Shown: piece after piece, positions 40,264 to 48,062 of the stretch | Layout of the letters: the number at the start of each line of letters is the position of its first letter | Numbering within the stretch: the first letter of the stretch is position 1 | NCBI GenBank assembly: GCA_020628935.1 | Contig: JAHDEG010000007.1 | Span: 47,878 to 111,877, forward strand | Source of the DNA: Flavobacteriales bacterium | GTDB lineage: Bacteria > Bacteroidota > Bacteroidia > Flavobacteriales_G > JALEGO01 | Reading direction: 5' to 3' | Length of the DNA: 64,000 nucleotides | Position numbers and translations under genes: made by a program | Notes under the pieces: generated by a model | Told to the model about the DNA's origin: nothing | What the model saw: only the letters and a program-made list of their open reading frames with translations | The model's database searches: none

Positions 40264-40298
40264 AGAGGTGAACAAAATTTGTTCACCTCTTTTTTTTT
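40264..40298 (+). terminator. Rho-independent terminator
   Basis: A 13-nt inverted repeat (agaggtgaacaaa / tttgttcacctct) is followed by T8. Confidence 0.85.
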
Positions 40299-40323
40299 AC
40301 CTTAGTTTCAAACTATTATATTG

Positions 40324-42312
40324 ATGGAATTTTCCAAATATGCCAAGTCTCTGAACAACGAGGAGCTCGTTTCTATTTACGAACAAATTTTATTACCCCG
40401 TAAAATAGAAGAAAAAATGCTCATTTTACTACGGCAAGGTAAAATATCTAAATGGTTCTCAGGTATTGGCCAAGAAGCCATATCCACAGCAACTACACTA
40501 GCACTTCACCCAGATGAATACATCCTCCCAATGCACAGAAACTTAGGTGTTTTCACAGGAAGGAACATTGACTTAAAGCAACTCTTCCTACAATTTCAAG
40601 GAAAAGAACACGGCTTTACAAACGGGAGAGATCGATCTTTTCATTTCGGAAGTATGAAACATCACATAATAGGTATGATATCGCACCTTGGACCACAAAT
40701 GGGTATTGCAGATGGTATAGCTTTAGCACATAAATTATCAGGAGAAGAAAAAGCAGTTGCAGTTTTTACAGGTGATGGTGGTGCCAGTCAAGGTGATTTC
40801 CACGAATCAATAAATGTAGCAGCAGTATGGGACTTACCAGTTATTTTTATGATAGAAAATAATGGTTATGGACTTTCTACCCCATCTAGCGAACAGTTTA
40901 AGTGTAAGCAATTTATAGACAAAGCAATCGGTTATGGAATAGAAGGTATTCAGGTAGACGGCAACAATGTACTTGAAGTTTTCAGCAAATTAAAGAATGT
41001 GGCCGAGTCTATTAGAGAAAATCCACGACCTGTAATTTTTGAATGTCTTACTTTTAGAATGCGAGGACATGAAGAAGCTTCAGGCACAAAATATATACCA
41101 AAAGAATTAATGGAACATTGGGCTACCAAAGACCCTATTTCTAACTATGAAAATTATCTCTTAAGGTCAGGTATTCTTACCGAAGAAACTAAAAACGAAA
41201 TATCAAGAGCCTTCAATACTCAAATAAACAATGCTGTTAAAGAGGCTTTTGAATCCCCTCAACTAGTAGTTAATCAGATAAAAGAGATTGAAAACGTTTA
41301 TAAAAAACACAACTTTATAGAAGTAAAACCAAAGCTTAATAATTTAACAGAAGTTAGGTTAGTAGATGCAATTTCTAACGGATTAAAAACCGCTATGGAA
41401 CTAGATGAAAAAGTAATAGTAATGGGACAAGATGTTGCTGATTATGGTGGTGTTTTTAAAGTTACAGAAGGTTTTGTTGAGCAATTTGGCAAAGACCGAG
41501 TTCGCAATACACCTTTATGTGAATCGGCAATTGTTGGTACTTCACTAGGCTTATCTTTAAAAGGATATAAACCCGTTATGGAAATGCAATTTGCAGATTT
41601 TGTTACCTGTGGTTTTAATCAGATTATTAACAACTTAGCAAAAATAAATTATCGTTGGGAAGGAAATGCAAGCGTAGTAATACGAATGCCTACTGGAGCT
41701 GGTGTAGCTGCCGGACCATTTCACTCTCAATCAAACGAAGCTTGGTTTTTTCACACACCAGGGTTAAAAATTGTTTATCCTTCCAACCCCTACGATGCAA
41801 AAGGGTTATTATTGGAAGCTATAAACGACCCTAACCCAGTATTGTTTTTTGAGCACAAAGCACTATATAGAAGTTTAAAAGGTGAAATACCACTTAATGA
41901 ATATTACACCTGTGAAATTGGTAAAGCAAATATTGTTACAAAAGGCGAAGAACTAACTATTATCACCTACGGGATGGGAGTGCACTGGGCTAAAAACACA
42001 CTTGAAAAAAACTCAAGCATTGGTGCTGAACTAATTGACCTAAGAAGTTTAACACCCTTAGACACTGAAACTATAATTAATTCGGCACAAAAAACTGGTA
42101 AAGTGATTATACTTCATGAAGACACCTTAACAGGAGGAATTGGTGCAGAAATTTCAGCAATTATTAATGAACAATGCTTTGAATACCTAGACGCCCCCAT
42201 AATGAGAGTGGCCTCATTAGACACCCCAGTTCCGTTTAACCCACTATTAGAAGAAAACTTTTTGCCGTTAAAAAGATTTGAAGAAAAATTAATTGAATTA
42301 GTTAATTACTAA
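40324..42312 (+). CDS. Fused alpha/beta E1 component of a 2-oxoacid (branched-chain/pyruvate family) dehydrogenase
   Basis: The N-terminal half has the TPP-binding motif GDGGASQGDFHESINVAAVWDLPVIFMIENNGYG. The C-terminal half is transketolase-like (beta-subunit MGQDVADYGGVFKVTEG...RVRNTPLCESAIVG). I prefer the ATG at 40324 over the TTG at 40321. Confidence 0.88.
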   Translation: MEFSKYAKSLNNEELVSIYEQILLPRKIEEKMLILLRQGKISKWFSGIGQEAISTATTLALHPDEYILPMHRNLGVFTGRNIDLKQLFLQFQGKEHGFTNGRDRSFHFGSMKHHIIGMISHLGPQMGIADGIALAHKLSGEEKAVAVFTGDGGASQGDFHESINVAAVWDLPVIFMIENNGYGLSTPSSEQFKCKQFIDKAIGYGIEGIQVDGNNVLEVFSKLKNVAESIRENPRPVIFECLTFRMRGHEEASGTKYIPKELMEHWATKDPISNYENYLLRSGILTEETKNEISRAFNTQINNAVKEAFESPQLVVNQIKEIENVYKKHNFIEVKPKLNNLTEVRLVDAISNGLKTAMELDEKVIVMGQDVADYGGVFKVTEGFVEQFGKDRVRNTPLCESAIVGTSLGLSLKGYKPVMEMQFADFVTCGFNQIINNLAKINYRWEGNASVVIRMPTGAGVAAGPFHSQSNEAWFFHTPGLKIVYPSNPYDAKGLLLEAINDPNPVLFFEHKALYRSLKGEIPLNEYYTCEIGKANIVTKGEELTIITYGMGVHWAKNTLEKNSSIGAELIDLRSLTPLDTETIINSAQKTGKVIILHEDTLTGGIGAEISAIINEQCFEYLDAPIMRVASLDTPVPFNPLLEENFLPLKRFEEKLIELVNY

Positions 42313-42683
42313 ATTAAAATCAACCAATTCAATACCATATTTATATTTTGTAATTTCCTGCCATAAAATTAAACCATTGTGGCCCAGGCAGAACAATAAC
42401 AAAACAAGTCGCTCTTACTTCGCTAAAACTAAGCATGTAATTGAACACAAAAAATAGATTTTAAGCTAAAAAATCAATGAAAATTTAGTTTAAAAAACCA
42501 AAAACTATTAAATCTGAACTTTTTTTTAGTAAAACTAGCACACTAAAAAAAACATCGTTCCTCTTATTCTACGGGGCACTAAACGCACACCATCCTAGAT
42601 TTTAATTTTTGTATACCTAAAATTACCTATACCCAAGGTAATGGTATATGAGTAAATATATAGGAAACCACAAAACATTAATT

Positions 42684-43184
42684 ATGCAAAACACAGTATT
42701 TAAAAACATTTTCGTAGTAGACGATAACAAGCTTTTTTTGACAGGAGCAAAAGGATTTTTAGAGAAAAAGTTTAACACGCAAGTTAATTGTCACGAAACG
42801 CTAACTAGTTGTTTAGGCTCGCTTGATAAACAACCAGATTTAGTTTTTATGGATTATAATCTGAATAACAAAAATAAAAGCTTCAATGGTTTTTGGGCAG
42901 CTAAAAAAATCAGAAAAAAAATAAAAAACATTCCGATTGTTATGGTCTCAAACGAGAGAAAAGCATCAGCCATTGCTCGTTTTTTTAAAGGTGGCATAAC
43001 TGACTATATACCTAAAAGTTCAATTGTTTTAAGCGAAATGACCGATACAATTATGGAGTTAGAGGTTCAACAAAAACTGAATGAAATAAAAAAAACAGAG
43101 AATAAATTCTTTTTACTTGTAGTAACCGCTTTTCTAATTATTCCAATACTAGCTGTTCTATTTTATCAGCTGGTTTTGCAATAA
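42684..43184 (+). CDS. Receiver-domain protein with a C-terminal transmembrane tail anchor
   Basis: The receiver (REC) signature residues are present: FVVDDN, the acceptor DLVFMDYNL, VMVSNE and YIPKS. A single hydrophobic helix FFLLVVTAFLIIPILAVLFYQLVL sits at the extreme C-terminus. I prefer the start at 42684 (MQNTVFKN). Confidence 0.7.
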   Translation: MQNTVFKNIFVVDDNKLFLTGAKGFLEKKFNTQVNCHETLTSCLGSLDKQPDLVFMDYNLNNKNKSFNGFWAAKKIRKKIKNIPIVMVSNERKASAIARFFKGGITDYIPKSSIVLSEMTDTIMELEVQQKLNEIKKTENKFFLLVVTAFLIIPILAVLFYQLVLQ

Positions 43185-43277
43185 TTAATTAGAAAAAAAT
43201 ATAATCATACCTAATAATACATATTTACAAGCATCAACATATTAAATAATTTGATTACAGGACTAAAAACTAAAACT

Positions 43278-43853
43278 ATGAAAACAACAAACACAAAATT
43301 AAATTTATTAATACTTTTTATCATTTTAAATTTTAACGCATATTCACAAGAAAACTCTATTACACTTGTAAACTATGATCATGTTGAACTAAATCAAATA
43401 TCTGATTTTGAATTACTTACAGGTTACGGAATAGAACTCACACTAAATGAAAATGATGAACAAAAATTTGTAAATTATCAACTGCAAATTTTTGTTCAAA
43501 CCGATAAAAATGAATTAATTCCACTACAATTTAAAACCATTGCAAGTGATATTCATGAAAGATTAGGTACAGATAAATTATCATTGTGGTTTTCAAAAAA
43601 TTGGACTAAAAACCTGCCCAAAAACTTTTTACCTAGTGGAGTATTAGAAACATACTGGAATCAAAGTGACTTTAAAAAATTGAAAGTTGTTTGCTACGGA
43701 TCTAGCAAATATGAATATAAATCATTACCTAGCACATTAACTTTATCAGAATACAATAACGAAATGGCAAATAGTACCAGCAGGGAAATCGTTTATAGTC
43801 AAAATTTTAATATAACAACAAGTAATTTAACTGGGTATTGTTCTGAAGATTAA
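43278..43853 (+). CDS. Hypothetical secreted protein
   Basis: The ATG at 43278 gives the signal peptide MKTTNTKLNLLILFIILNFNAYSQ. No family is recognised. Confidence 0.45.
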   Translation: MKTTNTKLNLLILFIILNFNAYSQENSITLVNYDHVELNQISDFELLTGYGIELTLNENDEQKFVNYQLQIFVQTDKNELIPLQFKTIASDIHERLGTDKLSLWFSKNWTKNLPKNFLPSGVLETYWNQSDFKKLKVVCYGSSKYEYKSLPSTLTLSEYNNEMANSTSREIVYSQNFNITTSNLTGYCSED

Positions 43854-44221
43854 AGTTTTAGAGAGATATTTAACTCTACAGAAACATTTTTAAAGTAATT
43901 AAGTGTTTCATCAAGTAAAGATTTAAACTTAACAGTATTTATTTTTATATCTAAGTTTTGTAAAACCTGAATTTGTTCAACAAGCTTTGTAAAACCATAA
44001 CAACCTGCAGTGCCTTTTATTTGATGAAGTGAATGCTTAATTTGACTAGACCTTACTATTCCCTCATTAAAACTTTCGTAAACAAGTTTAAACTCATTTA
44101 ATAATTCAGCAAATAAATTAGGAAATAAGTCGTTAATATCTTCATCTTTTAAAAAACTTAAATTACTCATCTCAAAATGTGAATCAACTGCTTTTAAGTT
44201 AACTCGTACAGGTTTGTCCAT
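43850..44221 (-). CDS. Hpt (histidine phosphotransfer) domain protein
   Basis: The 123-aa helical protein has the Hpt motif HSLHQIKGTAGCYGF. Confidence 0.7.
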   Translation of the reverse strand: MDKPVRVNLKAVDSHFEMSNLSFLKDEDINDLFPNLFAELLNEFKLVYESFNEGIVRSSQIKHSLHQIKGTAGCYGFTKLVEQIQVLQNLDIKINTVKFKSLLDETLNYFKNVSVELNISLKL

Positions 44222-44286
44222 ATATAAGATTAAAAGTTAGTCTAAACTACTGAAACTAAATTATAAAATAGTATTTTGTTTCTATT

Positions 44287-44685
44287 ATGGGCACTCTCAA
44301 AATACTAATGATTGAAGATAACGAATTAATATTTAATCTTCTTGAGAAAAAAATCCTCAGACATAATCAATCTGATAACATGCAAGTACATTTAGAATCA
44401 TCTTTAAAAAGAGGTCACGAAAATTATCTTAAGAATAATTACAACGCTTTATTGTTAGATTTAAATTTACCTGATTCTTCTGGTTTTAACACACTAAAGC
44501 AAGCATTAAAACTATTTGACATACCCATTCTTGTTCTAAGTTCTATTGATAAAGATAATGATGTGGCGCTTGATTGCGTTAGAATAGGTGCTCAAGATTT
44601 TATTAGAAAAAAAGTGCTTTCACCAGAAGATATTTACCAAAGAATATTGTATGCAATTATAAGACACGAGAAAACGCAGAAATAA
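44287..44685 (+). CDS. Single-domain response regulator (REC only)
   Basis: REC signature residues: ILMIEDNE, the acceptor ALLLDLNLPDSSG, LVLSS and FIRKK. Confidence 0.85.
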   Translation: MGTLKILMIEDNELIFNLLEKKILRHNQSDNMQVHLESSLKRGHENYLKNNYNALLLDLNLPDSSGFNTLKQALKLFDIPILVLSSIDKDNDVALDCVRIGAQDFIRKKVLSPEDIYQRILYAIIRHEKTQK

Positions 44686-44721
44686 GTAATTAACAATAGC
44701 TCAATTTAAACTACAGCCTAC

Positions 44722-46641
44722 ATGAAAAATATTTTATTAGTTGATAATAGCGTTTCTGTACTTAATTACGTATCGGTTGTTATCGAAAAATTCTCTAATA
44801 ATGATTTTCAGGTTATAACTTCAGAAAAATATAATAATGCCATTAAGGTATTATCTGAAAAACACATTGACTTAATTCTGCTTGACTTAAACCTAGAAGA
44901 CTCTAACGGAGTTGAAACTTTCCATAAGCTAAGAAAACAAAATGGGTTAGTGCCAATAATAATACTAACCTCATCATCTGAAGAAGGTTTGTACTCCGAA
45001 ACATTAAAAATGGGAGCTCAAGACTTTATTAATAAAAGTGATCTAAACACTAATCCTCAAATGTTAATCAGGTCTATAAGATTTTCAATTGAACGCTTTA
45101 AATTTTCGAAGGAAAAAAGAATACTATCATCTATTGCTTCCAAAACATTTAACAACGTTTTAATTTTAAATAGAGAAGGTGAAATTCAATGGGTTAACGA
45201 TGCATTCGAAAAAAACTACGGGTACAAATTTGAGGAGATTAAAAATACTAAAGGAGAAATATTGAGAAAAGAATTGCCTCAATGGATAGCTAATAGCAAT
45301 ATATTAGAAAACTCTATTAAAGAAAATAAGCCCATACAATACGAACTCAAAAACTATCCTAAATACGGTGGATATTTTTGGTCATCTGTAACTATCTCTC
45401 CAGTTTTTGAAAACCCTAATAGTACTTTTTCTTACTTTATAGTAGTTGAATCGGACATCACAGAACGGGTTTTGTATGAAAGAAAGTTACAAAAAGCAAA
45501 AAATATAGCCATAAGAGCCAGAAAAGCGGAAGAGGAATTTATTGAAAATATAAGCCACGAAATAAGAACACCATTAAATGGAATTATAGGTTTAACTGAC
45601 CTAAGCCTTGAGCAAAATGATCTATCGCCAGACCAAAGGTTATCTCTGGAAAAAGTACTCTATTCTTCTAGATTTTTACTAAACATCATTGGGGATGTAT
45701 TAGATTTTTCTAAAATATCAAAAGGAAATATAGAGATTGAAAGCATCGAATTTGATCTTTTACAACTACTTGAGGAAATAAAACTATCTAATAGACTTGC
45801 TCTAAACAAAAACATGGAAGTAGAATTTATAACAGTGTTCTCTAATAAATTACCAGAAAAAATAATTGGTGATAGCACAAAAATCAAACAGATTATAGTT
45901 AATATACTTTCTAATGCATTTAAGTTTACTAATAGAGGATTTGTAAAAATGTCTGTTTGCCCAACTATGACAAAGGAAACTGAGTTTTTGAAAATTACAA
46001 TTGAAGATACTGGTATAGGTATTGAGGCTAGCAAACAGAATAAAATTTTTGAAAAATTTAAACAAGAAGATGTATCAACATCTCGAAAATATGGAGGTAC
46101 GGGTTTAGGGTTATCAATAGTAAAAAAACTAGTTACTTTGATGGATGGAAAATTAGTGCTAAGTAGCACTAAAACGAAAGGTACCAGGTTTGATATTTAT
46201 ATCCCCTTTAAACAAGGAAAAAAAATTATATTAGACAATGAAAAAACAGAGCAAGAACTTACAAATATTTTCAAATGTAAAAGTATTTTAGTAGCAGAGG
46301 ATAATCAAATCAATCAGTTATATATAAAAAACCTTTTCAAAAATTGGGGTGTAGAAATTTCTTGTGCAATTGACGGTCAAGAAGCTATTTCAATGGCAGA
46401 AGAAAAGTTGTATGATGTAATTTTAATGGATGTACAAATGCCAAATAAAGATGGATATGTAGCAACAAAAGAAATCAGAAAACTTAACTCACACTACGCA
46501 AACACTCACATAATAGCGTTAACTGCTTCTGCCAGCACGAAACAAAAACAGAAATGCTTAAAATCAGGTATGAACGATTATATGACAAAGCCATTTAAAA
46601 AAGAAGACCTCAAACGAAAACTAAACGAAATTTTTACTTAA
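44722..46641 (+). CDS. Hybrid sensor histidine kinase: REC-PAS-HisKA-HATPase-REC
   Basis: The N-terminal REC has ILLVDNS and LILLDLNLEDSNG. A PAS-like segment follows (NREGEIQWVNDAFEKNYGY). The H-box is ISHEIRTPLNGIIGL, the N-box NILSNAFKFT, and the G-boxes IEDTGIGI and GGTGLGLSIVKKL. The C-terminal REC has ILVAEDNQIN and VILMDVQMPNKDG. Confidence 0.9.
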   Translation: MKNILLVDNSVSVLNYVSVVIEKFSNNDFQVITSEKYNNAIKVLSEKHIDLILLDLNLEDSNGVETFHKLRKQNGLVPIIILTSSSEEGLYSETLKMGAQDFINKSDLNTNPQMLIRSIRFSIERFKFSKEKRILSSIASKTFNNVLILNREGEIQWVNDAFEKNYGYKFEEIKNTKGEILRKELPQWIANSNILENSIKENKPIQYELKNYPKYGGYFWSSVTISPVFENPNSTFSYFIVVESDITERVLYERKLQKAKNIAIRARKAEEEFIENISHEIRTPLNGIIGLTDLSLEQNDLSPDQRLSLEKVLYSSRFLLNIIGDVLDFSKISKGNIEIESIEFDLLQLLEEIKLSNRLALNKNMEVEFITVFSNKLPEKIIGDSTKIKQIIVNILSNAFKFTNRGFVKMSVCPTMTKETEFLKITIEDTGIGIEASKQNKIFEKFKQEDVSTSRKYGGTGLGLSIVKKLVTLMDGKLVLSSTKTKGTRFDIYIPFKQGKKIILDNEKTEQELTNIFKCKSILVAEDNQINQLYIKNLFKNWGVEISCAIDGQEAISMAEEKLYDVILMDVQMPNKDGYVATKEIRKLNSHYANTHIIALTASASTKQKQKCLKSGMNDYMTKPFKKEDLKRKLNEIFT

Positions 46642-46647
46642 GTAGAT

Positions 46648-46989
46648 ATGCTTTTTTTTAACCCTTCAAAAATTGATGAAATTTGCTCTGACGACAACGA
46701 GTTTAAGCAACAAATTATAAAAACTTATAACGAAGTTACCTTAGACTCTATAGAAAAAATTAAAAACGCTGTTATAAACGAACAAATAGATGATATAAAA
46801 TTTCATGCACATAAATTAAAATCAAGCTTCGATTTTTTAGGCGCAAAGTCACTTTCCTATAAGTGTATGAGGATAGAAAGTAACTGTATTAACAAAACAT
46901 TAACCCCAAATAACAAAACCGAAATTAATGATTTTATAATTCTGCTAGAAGATTCAATATATGAAATTAATTCATTAATTAACCAATAG
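46648..46989 (+). CDS. Hpt domain protein
   Basis: The 113-aa helical protein has the motif IKFHAHKLKSSFDFLGA (H-x-x-K-x-S...G). Confidence 0.7.
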   Translation: MLFFNPSKIDEICSDDNEFKQQIIKTYNEVTLDSIEKIKNAVINEQIDDIKFHAHKLKSSFDFLGAKSLSYKCMRIESNCINKTLTPNNKTEINDFIILLEDSIYEINSLINQ

Positions 46990-46998
46990 GATCTGCAA

Positions 46999-47655
46999 AT
47001 GAAAACAGTTAATATAATAATCGCTGACGACCACCAATTAATCATTGATGCTCTTAAAGCATATCTAGAAAAAACAGAGGATATTAATGTTATTGCTACA
47101 GCTAGTAATAGTGATCAACTTTTAAAGCTTGTAAATATGTACGCAAACAAACTTGATGTTATTTTACTCGATTATCATATGCCAACGATGAGTATAGATG
47201 ATCTATTGTTGAATATTAAAAAAATTGATAGTGAATTAAAAACCGTTATCTTATCCTCAGAAAAAAAGATAGAAAACATTATCACTGCACTTAACAATGA
47301 TGCTTTGGGGTATGTACTTAAGGATTGTGATAAAAAAGAAATTAAAGAAGCCATCCTTGCTGCAAAAAAAGCTAAAAACTATTTTTCGAGTGAAATCAAA
47401 ACCATTTTATCAAATAGTTTCATTCAAAACACAGGTGGTAAATCGCAAAACTACAAACTCCCTATATCGGATCGAGAATTAGAAATTTTAAATCTTACCA
47501 GTAATGGTTTAACTAACCACGAAATATCAGACGAATTAGGCATTAGTTTTAGAACTGTTGACACTCACAAAAGAAATATGCTAAAAAAAACTGGTGCTAA
47601 AAATATAACCCATCTAGTAAAACTTGCACTAAAGTTTAAAGAAATCAAAATATAA
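46999..47655 (+). CDS. NarL/LuxR-family response regulator (REC + LuxR-type HTH)
   Basis: The REC domain has IIIADDHQ and VILLDYHMP. The C-terminal LSDRELEILNLTSNGLTNHEISDELGISFRTVDTHKRNMLKK is a LuxR/GerE HTH. Confidence 0.9.
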   Translation: MKTVNIIIADDHQLIIDALKAYLEKTEDINVIATASNSDQLLKLVNMYANKLDVILLDYHMPTMSIDDLLLNIKKIDSELKTVILSSEKKIENIITALNNDALGYVLKDCDKKEIKEAILAAKKAKNYFSSEIKTILSNSFIQNTGGKSQNYKLPISDRELEILNLTSNGLTNHEISDELGISFRTVDTHKRNMLKKTGAKNITHLVKLALKFKEIKI

Positions 47656-47657
47656 CT

Positions 47658-48053
47658 ATGAAACTGAATACTATATTACTAATTGATGACTCTAAAAGCA
47701 CAAATAGTTTAAATGAGAAGCTCATATTAAAATCTGGGATTTGCAAAAAGGTTACCTCCTTCGAAAACCCTAAGCTAGCCATGGAATTTATAAATATTGA
47801 TAATATAAATTCCATAGATTTAATTCTAATTGATTTATTAATGCCTGAGCTTTCAGGAATTGATGTATTAAAAAACATTTCAGCCAAGTTTTCACAAGTA
47901 AAGAAAAAACCTATTTTAATTGTACTAACCGACAGTAAAGACACTGAGAAATATAATCTAGTTAAAGACTTTCTCGGGGCTGATGATTACATAAGAAAAC
48001 CACTAGATGAGGATGATTTATTAGAAATAATTGATCAACACTTCAGAAACTAA
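47658..48053 (+). CDS. Single-domain response regulator (REC only)
   Basis: REC signature residues: ILLIDDSKS, the acceptor LILIDLLMPELSG, IVLTDS and YIRKP. Confidence 0.85.
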   Translation: MKLNTILLIDDSKSTNSLNEKLILKSGICKKVTSFENPKLAMEFINIDNINSIDLILIDLLMPELSGIDVLKNISAKFSQVKKKPILIVLTDSKDTEKYNLVKDFLGADDYIRKPLDEDDLLEIIDQHFRN

Positions 48054-48062
48054 GAAGTCATA

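Noticed and set aside
39841-40275. 144-aa minus-strand ORF (S/A/P-rich) opposite the acidic lipoprotein gene
   Set aside because: It is a compositional mirror of the GAA/GCT-rich + strand gene. It has no signal or start context, and the + strand gene has a lipobox and a terminator in the correct orientation.
45660-46169. 169-aa and 71-aa minus-strand ORFs inside the hybrid kinase gene
   Set aside because: They overlap the HisKA/HATPase region, whose H, N and G boxes are clear on the + strand.
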